A DNA stretch of 64,000 nucleotides from Bdellovibrionota bacterium (lineage in GTDB: Bacteria > Bdellovibrionota_C > UBA2361 > JAAYZI01), in contig JBMNIF010000002.1 in the NCBI GenBank assembly GCA_050950765.1, positions 64,001 through 128,000 on the forward strand, written 5' to 3'. Both the position numbers and the translations under genes were made by a program. Below the pieces are notes generated by a model. It saw only the letters and a program-made list of their open reading frames with translations. It was not told the DNA's origin and did not search any database. This document shows, one piece after another, positions 1-11,604 of the stretch (position 1 is its first letter; each line of letters begins with the position of its first letter).

Positions 1-1762
1 GTTGAAACACCTTGTCGTAACGTCGGAATCTTTAAAACTTGTCCGATCCTTAAAGTATCTGATGAGATACCGTTAAGGCGTTTTAAATCAGAGAGAGAGA
101 CTCCGTTCTTAGTCGAAATTGAATAAAGGTATCTCCCTTTTTTACCCGATAAGTCCGAGTAACCACACCTTGCGGAGCTTGAACATTTTTTGATGTTGCT
201 ACATTAGAGTGCGGAAGCGTTATTTTTTGACCGATTATTACAGTAGTAGACTTTAAGTTGTTAGCTTTTTTTATAGCATCAACTGAAACGCCGAACCTCT
301 TAGCAATTCCTGATAACGTATCTCCTTTCCTTACGGTATATGAAGTTACTTTTAAACGAGAAGGAGCTTCTGTCGTCACCTGCTGAGCAGCGCCACCTTT
401 TACTATTAAACGTTGCCCGATTCTCAAGGTATGAGATTTCAAGCCGTTTAACTTCATTAACTGAGACACCGTCGTATTATATTTCCTAGCAAGAGAGATC
501 AATGTATCTCCCTTTCTGACCTTATACGTGATGCCGCCATAAACAGAGCTGGCAGCAGGTGCCATTGGCTCTACCTGCGCTAAGTTAGCAACATATACAC
601 TAGCTTGTGGAGGAATTTTAAGGTTATACCCCCGCGGTAGGCGCGCTCTACCTGACCAGATCGGCGCAAGTAAGCCGTAATTAAGTGGAATCAGATCATG
701 TTTTGAGATATGTAGCTGCCTTGTTAAATATTCAATAGAGGCGGAGTTTTTTAGTTTTAACTCAACAAAGGAAAGGGGACGTTCTATCTTTAGATTCGGG
801 AAATAACTCTCCTTTTTCTCATAAACAGCCAGAGCCTGCTAAAAAATTCAGGGTAAAAATTATTCGAAGCAAAACCTAATAAACGTTGGGTGCGGTGCTC
901 CACTATCTGCGTAATATCTTTTGTACCTAAAGTTTTAACCTTACGCGCCACACCTGTTACACCGTGATTATAAGAAGTTATAGCGAGTGGCCAAGTACCC
1001 AAAACTCCATAAGCGTGTTTCAGATAAGCTGCAGCTGCACGTGAAGCTTCTATCACATCCAGCCTTTCATCAATCATGTTATTTAACCATCATCTTATAC
1101 GATCTGGCAGTGGCAGGCATAAATTGCCAGATACCAGCGGCACCAACCGAGCTACGCACAGAATAATCAAAAGAAGACTCTACAAATGGGAGTCTTGTTA
1201 ACTCTTTCGGCAAGCCAGCTTCTTTAACAAAGATATCTTCAATATGTGAAAGATATAATCCAGAACGCTCTAAAGCTTCTCGATAACGCTCTTTAATCCC
1301 CCTCTGTGAACGGATTAGATCGTTTTTAAAAAGATCCTCGTATTTCTTCGAACCACTCCCCAAAAAAGCCATTCTTCGCGCCATAGTTTTTTCAAGTTCT
1401 GAAACAGGTCGCTCTCCTTTAGCCAGACGTCTAGCCGCCCCTTCAACTATGGCAACATGTTTTTTTATCTCCTCTTTCTTATATTTTTCCAGAGCAACTT
1501 TATTCATTTTTTTAGCTGCAGTGTAAAAATCAAGAACCATAAAAACGACTTGTGGATAAGCACGGTGATGGATTACCTCGTGGTTGTCACCGTAGCGCGT
1601 AAAGATATCTATCCAAAAATTAACACGTGGCTGGAGCCCCTTTGGCACTATAAAAGCGGCGTTACGTGTCTGCACTCTATTTTGAGAATAAAGTGGTAGT
1701 GCTGTAAAAAAAAGTATCATCGATACAAAAACAACAGATAACCTTCTCATCTTTCTCTTCAT
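1..1762 (-). CDS. LysM-domain lytic murein transglycosylase (MltD-like), split by frameshifts, runs off window edge
   Basis: ORF 1079-1762 has SLT motifs (VESSF, AAGIWQFMPATA). ORF 790-1077 continues (AAAAYL, SYNHG). ORF 83-565 has LysM repeats (YKVRKGDTL), and a further LysM continues in another frame to base 1. Confidence 0.85.
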
Positions 1763-3129
1763 TTCACCTGATCTAAAATTACCTTAATAATTTTCTCCTC
1801 TACCTCCCACTTTTTAGAATGTGATAATCCATTGTTTTGCAAAATAGCAAAAGCATATTTTTTATTTATTCCTTTAATATAGCCTGCTAAAGCGCTAACT
1901 CCATCAATCGAGCCAGTTTTAGCTTTTATCACTGCGTGGGGGAACTTTAGTTTTCTTAATTTTAATGTTCCGCTTTCACCTCCTACTGCTAAAGATTTTT
2001 CAAATTCAGTTGAAATATATATATCGCTCCAAGCTTCTTGCAGAAGTCGTGTGATAATCCTCGCAGAGAGGCGATTATTATGACTAAGCCCTGAAGCATC
2101 TACGATATTATATTCAGAGCGCTTACCCAAAGAAGCGGCAAGCCCCCTAAGGCGATTTAATCCTACTTCTCGTTCTTTGGCTTTTATGTGAACGGTATCC
2201 AACGCAACCACAAGTTGTTCTGCCGTGAAGTTATTACTGAACCTGTTCATATCCTCCACGATCTGACTAAGTGGTTTTGAGTACAGCACGAAAAATTGCT
2301 GCGCTTTCGCAGAAACCACTCCACTTCTTGAAACGGACTGCACTTGAATACCTAAATCATTTAAAAAAGCCTTAAAGACAGCCGCAAGATAATCTTCAGG
2401 ACAAGCTAAACTGCGGTAAACATTTTGACAAGTCGTTCCACGCACAATTTGTCCAGAAATGTGATATCTCCCCGCCACTCCACACTGCCCTGTGCCCCGA
2501 TCTGTGATCTTAAAACCGTTCCCCCTATTTGTGGTGGTTTGAATCTCCCCTACTATGTCAGTTCTGTACTCCCACGGATCTTGTCTTACAAAGGCAGGTT
2601 GTCCGAGTGCAGCAGGACAAACCTCAAAGGTAAGAGAATTAAAATTAAACGGCAAGCCGGATCCCCCCGCTTCATAAGCCCTCTCACCACTTCTTTTATT
2701 AACTGTTTTATATACAGAAGAATCCAGTATCAGGTGTTTTATCTGTTTTATACCACGCCGCTTTACAGCTCTGGCGAGTATCCAAAGTTGTTCAGTTGTT
2801 AAAGTCGGATCTCCCGAACCTATTATATAGAGAGAATCCGCAACACCTCCTACCTCTCCTTGAAGAGATAATCTTGTTTGGAAACGATATTCCGACCCCA
2901 AAACTTTTAAAGCAGAATGTGCAGTCAAAAGCTTCATAACGCTGGCAGGTTTAGCAGGTGTCGTCTCATTTAGAGCATAAACACTTTTAGCGTTATCAAG
3001 ATCTACAACGGAGATATAAACCCCGTTAATATCTTTTATAATCTTATTTAAAGTTACAGGAAGAGTCTCTGCCACAACAGGCGCTGCGCTGAACAAGACC
3101 CAGAATAGACCGATAAAAAATACCTTCAT
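1759..3129 (-). CDS. dacB: D-alanyl-D-alanine carboxypeptidase/endopeptidase (PBP4, peptidase S13)
   Basis: PASVMK (SxxK), SNN (SxN), KTGS, GSGDP and DASGLS motifs; signal peptide. Confidence 0.92.
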   Translation of the reverse strand: MKVFFIGLFWVLFSAAPVVAETLPVTLNKIIKDINGVYISVVDLDNAKSVYALNETTPAKPASVMKLLTAHSALKVLGSEYRFQTRLSLQGEVGGVADSLYIIGSGDPTLTTEQLWILARAVKRRGIKQIKHLILDSSVYKTVNKRSGERAYEAGGSGLPFNFNSLTFEVCPAALGQPAFVRQDPWEYRTDIVGEIQTTTNRGNGFKITDRGTGQCGVAGRYHISGQIVRGTTCQNVYRSLACPEDYLAAVFKAFLNDLGIQVQSVSRSGVVSAKAQQFFVLYSKPLSQIVEDMNRFSNNFTAEQLVVALDTVHIKAKEREVGLNRLRGLAASLGKRSEYNIVDASGLSHNNRLSARIITRLLQEAWSDIYISTEFEKSLAVGGESGTLKLRKLKFPHAVIKAKTGSIDGVSALAGYIKGINKKYAFAILQNNGLSHSKKWEVEEKIIKVILDQVK

Positions 3130-3235
3130 GGATCCACCCCCGAAAAACGATTTACCCTCAGGATCGTCAACTTTTTAATAGTTTTTTATCCCTTACACGG
3201 AATTTTTCCGTGCCCACTTTAACTTAACATAACAT

Positions 3236-4479
3236 TTATAAAGTGGAGAGTCCCTCGTTATCACGGTAATCTAGAAAAACCTCTTCTGTGGTGGGGAGAT
3301 CAAAAATACCGTTTGTAGCGGGTGGTAGAAGCTCTTTTAATTTATAGACATTTGCACCGCAGGTATAACAATTACACTTGGAAAAATGATAACAGAGACA
3401 GATCTTATCATTTATCACACCGAGATCTTTCTGCGATGGTACACCGTTTAAAGCGTTCTGATAAGCATCAAGGTACTGACAGGTGCCGTTATCATTCAAG
3501 ACGTATCCGAACAATTCACAGTTCGGTTTAACATTAGAAGCGAGACAGGGGCTATTTTTCAATAATCGAATCGGATAACCTGTTGGTGAAACGTGCGAAA
3601 CCACCACATCTTCCTTTTTAGCGTGCAGATATGCTTGTTTAGCAACATCGGGCAATCCCGACTCCTTTGTAATAGCGAAACGAGTTGCTACCTGCACACC
3701 AGAAGCGCCGAGTTCCATCAGCTTTACGGCATCTTGCCCTCCAAAGACACCCCCTGCCGCCAAAACAGGGATATTGATATCTTTCTCTTTCATATAAGCT
3801 AGCAGCTCTTGTAATAACGTGCACAGATTGTAATCCGCCCAATCATCTCCGAAGCCGAGGTGTCCACCCGCTAAAGGTCCTTCCAAAACGATATAATCAG
3901 GTAATCTACCGGCACGCCCCGCACTCCGTAAAAATATCGCTAAGGCGCGGTAACTTGAGACAACAATCCCTATCTTTACATGTTTTGCTTTCGGGTTAGT
4001 GACAACCATTCCCATGCTGTATTGATGTAATCCAGCAGAAAATGTAATCCCATCGATTCCACCATCTATTGCTGCGTTGATGCGTGCATTTAAAGTTTCT
4101 TTGGGCAGAGGCCATAGTCAACTTTTCCATAATATTGATGAAGATGGCGCCGCTACCCTGTTTTTTATCCATAGCCTTACGCACATGTAATAACTGCGCC
4201 TCCCTAACCTCTTCTGGATTAAATTTAATATTAGTTTTATCGAAAAAAAGATCGTTGATCTATCGGAAAACGGCGTGCCTTATTTACAGAAAATGAAGTG
4301 CCGTATTTATGATCGCAAACATCTCCAACCATAGCATCAGAGATGTGCCCTATTCCTCCAAGTCTACTTGCTTCTGCAGCCATCTCCGGCGTTGAGATAT
4401 TAACTCCCATACCACCTATCATAATGGGAACGAACTCCTGACCTGCAATCTTTAAGGTATAATCAGCTACTTTTTTCAT
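3236..4479 (-). CDS. Nitronate monooxygenase / enoyl-ACP reductase-like flavoprotein, frameshifted into 3 ORF pieces
   Basis: PIMIGGMGVNIS at the N-terminus (4237-4479); EGPLAGGHLG, VLAAGG and GVQVATRF in 3236-4015. Confidence 0.82.
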
Positions 4480-4663
4480 ACTTCTTTATCTCAACTTTTC
4501 TAGATACCCTCGTTACATCGTTGTAATTACCGTTAGCCATCGCAGAAAAACGGTAAGACATCAGGCGTTTATAGGATTTAAAAAATCAAATACACCAACG
4601 TGCACCATTTAGTATCTATTTTGCAACGTTATCCCATAAGAGATCCAGCATCAAAACAACAAT

Positions 4664-4684
4664 AAACCGTACATTGTACGGTTT
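4664..4684. promoter_or_regulatory. Perfect palindrome AAACCGTACA-T-TGTACGGTTT, candidate operator; degenerate copy at 7762-7782
   Basis: 10-bp inverted repeat seen directly; retained upstream of both ATPase-LRR paralogues. Confidence 0.45.
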
Positions 4685-4833
4685 GTTCTTTTCCACCCAA
4701 AACCTTTCCGCACTCTTTTTATCTATTCCCAACTTTCAAGCGTCTTTTATGCTCTTTTTTTCTATTTCAAGTCCCCCTCAAAAAAATATTAGCTTTGTAA
4801 GACCCTTACAATTATTCTCTTACAATTATCTTT

Positions 4834-4863
4834 TTGCTTAACAACCGTTTTCTGCGCTATATT
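4834..4863 (+). promoter_or_regulatory. Putative sigma70 promoter TTGCTT-N18-TATATT, conserved upstream of the second paralogue (~7858-7887)
   Basis: Motif conserved in both duplicated upstream regions. Confidence 0.45.
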
Positions 4864-4937
4864 AGAGACCAGAATTTAAAAAGATTCTGTAACTTCCCGT
4901 TGCTTAATTGTTGTATCTCTTTAATTTGGGAATATTG

Positions 4938-7690
4938 ATGAGAACGTTCTATATCTACGCCGGACGAAATACAGGGAATCCCGTTGCTAACATGATTATC
5001 ACAACGGAATGTCAATTGTGGCCCTGGGAATATTTTCGAGAGATGCTGGACAAGATGGCAGGAGGATTTTCAGGGATCCGTTTTTTCCGGCTCTTTTTTT
5101 ACCCCGCAAAGGGGTTTGCTATATCGCTCTAACAACAGACGATGCCTCAGCAGATCTTTTAGTCCAATCCTTTTATTCAGCCTTAGAGTTTACCTTCCCA
5201 GGTGTGGAGATACATGAAGGTCCAGATTTTATAGATGAGATAACTCCTGATATGGAGCTAGCTTCTACGGAGTTGTATTTCAAGCGTAGCTTTATCTATC
5301 CAACTACGACCGGTAAGACATTAAAGGTCAACCCTCTCGCCCCACTAGCTAACACCATGATAAACTTTCCTCCTGAAGATAGAGTCATCGTGCAAACTAT
5401 CATAACCCCTCTTAAGGATGACGCCTTTTTACAATTCTACATTGCAAGAAGTAGAGCGATCGATCGTTTTACGCATAAATTTGAAGCTAAATACTGGTTT
5501 AAAAGAGATGCTGTGCCATACATTCATGAAAAAATAGAAGAAAAGTGCAAATCCAGAATTTACCAAGTAACTATTCGCTTAGCTGCTTTTAAAGAGTGTG
5601 AACAAACTCCTGCTGCAAAGAAGGAGATGCGTGAATTGTTGAAAAAACGGCTTCATTCAATGATCGGCGCATACGCTATTTTAAATGATTCAGACCTTAA
5701 TACGTACCTCCCGACACCTGTTGTCTACGGTGAACGTGCTTTAAAACCGTTAAAAAACCGCACCTTCGGACGTAAGGTCTTACTCTCTCCGATTGAACTT
5801 GCAGCCGCTTGGCACCCCACAGGGGACTTCTCCAATATGCCAAAGGTATTATCAAGACACTACGCTCCACCGCCAGATATGCCGCAGGAAGAAGGAGATC
5901 CGAATGTCTGTTTTTTTGCTCGCACTAATTACAGAGAAACAAAAGTTCCTTTCGGATTTAGTCGTCCCGATCGTAGAAAACACCTTTATGTACTCGGCAA
6001 ATCTGGAACTGGAAAATCCTGTATGTTGCAACTACTCATTAAGAACGACATGGAGAATGGGCACGGTGTAGGCGTAATAGATCCGCATGGAGATCTGATA
6101 AGTAATCTTTTAAAACTTGTTCCAAAAAACAGGGTTGATGATGTTATTATTTTGGATCCCTCAGACAGAGATTTTCCCGCTAGCTTTAATCCGTTAGCTT
6201 GGGTACCGGAGCCTCTAAGAACGCCTGTCACATTAGGAATCGTCGCTATTTTTAGGAAGTTATTAGGTGAGAGGTGGAACGAACATATAGACTATTTAGT
6301 ACGTGTTACCGTCTTGGCTTTACTCAGTACTCATGATGCTACTTTACTCTCAATCCCGAAGATCCTGACAGATGAAAAGTACAGGGCAACAGTAGCGAGT
6401 GCCGTAAGCGATGACGGCATCAGAAAATTCTGGCTATACGCTTTTGATTCATGGTCAGAGGATCATCAAGCCGATGCCATAATTCCACTTATAGACGTTT
6501 TACGCCACTTCTTATCATCAGACATGATCAGAAATATCGTCGGGCAACCTGTAAATCGCTTTGATTTCAGGTCTATTATGGATGATAAAAAGATCCTACT
6601 TGTTAAAGTTTCAAAAGGGCTGCTCGGAGATGAAAATGCTACCCTCTTCGGCGCTCTCGTTGTTAGCAAGATCTATCAAGCTGCTATGTCAAGAGCTGAC
6701 ATTCCGCAGGAAGAAAGGAAAGATTTTTATTTTTACATCGATGAATTCCAAACTTTTGCAGCTGAAAACGTTAAAGATATGTTGGCAGAATCACGCAAAT
6801 ATCACCTTAACTTAACTTTGGCACATCAATTTTTACAGCAGCTGCCGAGCGATGTTAGCAACACCATCTTCGGTAATGTCGGGAATGTTGTTACATTTTG
6901 CGTCAGTGGAGATGATGCCGATGTTGTTACAAAAGAGTTATTAAACGAGTTTGACCTTGTGTCATTAACAAATCTGCCGCTCCGAGAGTTCTATGTAAAG
7001 ATGTTGGTTAATGATAAATCCACTAAGCCTTTTTCAGGAACAACTTTAACGGTTGAATATCCGGAGGATAGCTGCGCTGATGAGTGTGTTACCGCCTCCA
7101 GAAGTCAATATGCCGTACCTCTAAAACAGGCTGAAGACATGATACTTCGTTGGGAAAAAGGGGATAATTTTATTGTTAGACCTGAGGTATTTGGAGAGCC
7201 TACTCTCGATCTACGTCAACATCTGAGGTATTACGGAACTGTCTTACAACTTTCAGATCTAAATATTACTGATGAACACTTATTGCAATTAAGCCACACT
7301 GCTTTTGATAATGTTAAAAAATTGGTGCTGACTAATACACGCATTACAGATAAGGGATTAACCTCGATAGCTAATTTACGAAACCTTACTCAACTCTTCC
7401 TTGACGGTACTGATATTACTGACAGCGGCTTAAAAGCGATCACAGTTTTGCCACGACTACGCATTCTAAATCTTAGTAGGACAGCAGTTTCAGCGCTAGG
7501 ACTTGCGCCCTTACGAAGTTCCAAGATTAGAAAACTAATTCTACGAGAAACTAAGGTAACCGATAACGGATTAAACTACCTGACTGAATTTAAACGGCTA
7601 TCAGAAGTGGCGTTAGAAAGAACTGCTATTTCTGATAAGGCGCTCGATCAACTCTGTTCGAACTTACCAAATGTTAATATTCACGCCTAA
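4938..7690 (+). CDS. VirD4/TraD-like (DUF87/HerA-like) P-loop ATPase with C-terminal LRR domain, copy 1 (frameshift near 5075-5105)
   Basis: Walker A GKSGTGKS, IDPHGDL, Walker B FYIDEFQ, ESRKY, AHQ; C-terminal ~24-aa LRRs (LTQLFLDGTDITDSGL). Start MRTFYIYAG at 4938 matches copy 2. Confidence 0.85.
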
Positions 7691-7964
7691 GGAGCAGAAC
7701 CGTTAGGGTATTTTTTCGCTATTTAATAAGCTAATAAGAGAGTCATTATAAAAACAATAAAAAAGCGTACATTGTACTGTTTTTCTTTATGAAAACTCTC
7801 CTTCCAAAAAGCATTAATTTTGTAAGATCTTAGGATTGCTCTCTTACAATTAACTTTTTGCTTAAAGACCGTTTTCTGCGCTATATTAAGCACAGGATTT
7901 TTTAAAAAAAAGATTCTGTAACTTCCCATTACTTAACCTGTTATTTCTTATTTTAGGAATATTG

Positions 7965-10713
7965 ATGAGAACGTTCTATATCTACGCCGGAAGAGGTACT
8001 ATGGATCCTGTTGCTGGCATCATTATCACAACAAAATGCGGTTTATGGGCATGGGAATACTTTCGGGAGATGTTAACTGAACTAGCAGATATGTTGTCTG
8101 TTCGTTTTTCCGGTTGCTTTTTTACCCGTGAAGGGATCTGCTACATCGCTTTAACCACAGATGATTCATCAGCAGATCTTTTGGTCAGCACCTTTTACTC
8201 ATCACTCTCATTTATCTTTCCCGATCTAGAGATACATGAAATGCCAGATTTCATAGATGAGATAACTCCTGATATGGAGGTAGCCTCTACGGAATTACGT
8301 TTTAAACGTAATTTCATCTTTCCAACTACTACGGGTGCAGAGTTAAAAGTCGACTCTCTAGCTCCATTAGCTAACGCTATGGTGAACTTCCCTCCTGAAG
8401 ATAGAGTATATCGTACAAACTATTATGCGCCCCCTAAAAGATGATGTTTGGTTACAATTCTACATTGCGATAAACAGGGTCTTGGATCACATCAAGCATA
8501 AATTTGATGTTAAGTACTGGTTTAAAAGAGATGTTGTTGAATACATGTATGAACGGGTAGAGAAAAAGTGTAAAGACAGATTTTACGAAGCAACTATCCG
8601 TTTAGTTGCTTTTAAAAAATGTGAGCAAACTCCTGCTGCAAGAAAGGAGACGCGCGAGATATTAAAAAAGCGACTTTCTTCGATGGTTGGCGCTTATTCT
8701 TTTTTAAATCAGACAGATCTTAATAAGTACGTTCCGACACCTGTTGTGTACGGTGAGCGCGCCTTAAGACCGTTAAAAAGACGCACCTTCGGACATAAGA
8801 TACTAGTGACACCCATCGAGCTTGCTGCCGCTTGGCACCCCACAGGTGATTTCTCCAATATGCCGAGGGTCTTGGCAAAACACTACGCCCCGCCACCAGA
8901 GATGCCACAAGAAGAGGGCGATCCAAATGTCTGCTTCTTTGCCCGTACTAATTTCAGAGAAACTAGGGTTCCTTTCGGATTTAGCCGCCCCGATCGTAGA
9001 AAACACCTTTATGTACTCGGCAAATCAGGAACTGGGAAATCATCCATGTTACAACTACTCATCAAGAGCGACATGGAGAATGGGCACGGTCTAGCTGTAA
9101 TCGATCCACACGGAGATCTGATAAACAATCTTTTAAAGCTTGTTCCGAAAAACAGGGTTGATGATGTTATTATTTTAGATCCTGCCGACAGAGACTTTCC
9201 TGCTAGCTTTAATCCATTAGCTTGGGTGCCGGAACATTTAAGGATGTCGGTAACGTTAGGAATCGTTGCTATTTTCAAGAAGTTGTTAGGCGAGAGGTGG
9301 AATGAGCATGTAGACTATTTAGTGCGTTTTACTGTCTCAGCTTTACTTAGCACTCACGATGCTACCTTGATGTCAATTCCGAAAATTCTAACAGATGTAC
9401 GGTACAGAACAGCTGTGGCAGGTGTTGTAAGCGACAGTGGCATCAGAAAATTCTGGCTGCACGCTTTTGATTCATGGTCAGAAGCTCATCAAGCTGATGC
9501 TATAATTCCACTTATAGACGTTTTACGTCACTTCTTATCATCAGACATGATCAGAAATATCGTCGGGCAACCTGTAAATCGCTTTGATTTCAGGTCTATT
9601 ATGGACAATAAAAAGATCCTACTTGTTAAAGTTTCAAAAGGGCTGCTCGGAGATGAAAATGCCACCCTTTTCGGCTCTCTCGTTGTTAGCAAGATCTATC
9701 AAGCTGCTATGTCAAGAGCTGATATCCCGCAGGAAGAAAGGAAAGATTTTTATTTTTACATCGATGAATTCCAAACTTTTGCATCTGAAAACGTTAAAGA
9801 TATGTTGGCAGAATCGCGCAAATATCACCTTAATTTAACTTTAGCACATCAGTTTTTAAAGCAGCTGCCGAGCGATGTTAGTAACACCATCTTCGGCAAT
9901 GTTGGAAATTTCGTTACATTCTGCGTCAGCGGAGATGATGCAGGCACTGTTTCAAGAGAATTATCAAACGAGTTTGACCTTGTATCATTAACAAGTCTGC
10001 CGTTACGAGAGTTTTATGTAAAGATGTTGGTTAATGACAAACCTACTAAGCCCTTCTCCGGAACAACTTTAACAATTAAATATCCGGATAATAACTGCGC
10101 TGATGAGTGTGTTAACGCTTCTAGAAGTAAATATGCCGTTCCTCTAAAACAGGCTAAAGATATGATTCTCCGTTGGAGGAAAGGTGACACCTCTTTTATC
10201 AAACCTGAAATGTTCGCAGAGCTTAAGATCGATCTACGCCAACACCTGAGACGGCACGAAAGTGTCTTACAACTTTCAGATCTGGATATTACTGATGAGC
10301 ATTTATTGCAATTAAGTCATACCGCTTTTGATAATGTCAGAGAATTGCTCTTAAGTAATACGCACATTACAGACAAGGGCTTGATTTCGATAGCTAACTT
10401 ACGGAATCTTACTCACCTTTTCCTTGACGGCACTGATATTACTGATGACGGCTTAAAAGCGATCATGATGCTACCACGCTTGCAGATCCTAAATCTTAGT
10501 AGGACAGCGGTTTCAGGTGTTGGGCTTGCAACTCTACGAGGATCCGAGATTAGAAAACTAATCCTACGGGAAACTAGGCTGACCGATAGTGGCTTAGATT
10601 GCCTGACTGAATTTAAACAATTAGCAGAAGTGGCTTTAGAGGGAACTGCTATTTCTGACAAAGCCTTCGATATACTTTGCTCGAACTTACCTAATGTTAA
10701 TATTCACGCCTAA
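7965..10713 (+). CDS. VirD4/TraD-like P-loop ATPase with C-terminal LRR domain, copy 2 (frameshift near 8410)
   Basis: ORFs 7962-8444 and 8425-10713 together are colinear with copy 1 along the full length; identical C-terminus LCSNLPNVNIHA. Confidence 0.85.
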
Positions 10714-10809
10714 GGGGCAGATCCATTTAGGTTTTTTAAGTTAGACAATAAAAAACGTAACCTGTTACAGGGTGTATAACCACAAAATACATCCTGTACT
10801 CTTTACGTT

Positions 10810-11602
10810 AAAAATCTGGTGCCACCCTTCTTTTTTGCCGCTTTGGCGGCTTAAGCGATTTGACGCGATAGTTCGGCGAATTTGGTGCCACCCACCAGTT
10901 AAAGTGGGTGTCCTAATTGGGGCAGGGGTCGAAAATTTGGTGCCACCCACCAGTGCTAAAAAACTCTAAAATTGTAATAGCTAATAATATCAGTATGTTA
11001 GCAAAAGTCCTGCATTCGGCGAATTTGGTGCCACCCTTCTTTGTTGCAGGCTGTCGCTGGTGCCACCCACTAGGGACGATTGAACGGGTGGACGAATTTG
11101 GTGCCACCCACCAGTTAAAAGTGGGTGTCCTAATTGGCAGCTAGTAATATCAGTATGCTAGTAAAAGTCCTACATTCGGCGAATTTGGTGCCACCCTTCT
11201 TTTTTGCCGCTTTGACGGCTTTGGTCAAAAATTTGGTGCCACCCTTCAGTTTGAGCGGATCTTAACGGCTTGTCACTGGTGCCACCCACCAGTGTTACAA
11301 GACTCTAAAATCAGGATAGCCAATAATATCAAGATGTTAGCAAAAGCTTAGCATTCGGCGAATTTGGTGCCACCCTTCAGGGACAGCAGGACGGGCTGCA
11401 ACTGCAAAACAGATCGGTTAGGTTTCTACGGAGGTTAAAAATTTGGTGCCACCCTTTAGGGACAATTACCCTCCACCCACTAGGGGCGCTTGAGCGGGCT
11501 GATACAGAAAAGCGAATTAGCCAGATTTTCTACGGAGGTTAAAAATTTGAGCGGGCTACAACTGCAAAACGGATTCGGCTAGGTTTCTACGGAGGTCAAA
11601 AC
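10810..11602 (+). repeat. Modular repeat array 1: 11 copies of core TGGTGCCACCC with re-used spacer modules
   Basis: Cores at about 10817, 10883, 10938, 11026, 11058, 11099, 11186, 11234, 11278, 11365, 11444. Confidence 0.95.
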
Positions 11603-11604
11603 TC

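Noticed and set aside
1..8450. Pseudogenisation or programmed frameshifting of mltD-like, nitronate monooxygenase and ATPase-LRR genes
   Set aside because: Breaks cluster in this part of the contig, are often at homopolymers and differ between paralogues, while catalytic motifs are intact. Sequencing error is more likely; read polishing would decide.
4938..10713. Conjugative element/ICE suggested by the VirD4-like genes
   Set aside because: No relaxase, VirB4, mating-pair genes, integrase or att sites are nearby.
10765..11144. Short ORFs within the repeat arrays (WCHP / GWHQI peptides, also 20109-20294)
   Set aside because: They are translations of the DNA core in several frames on both strands; module lengths do not preserve frame and no RBS is evident.
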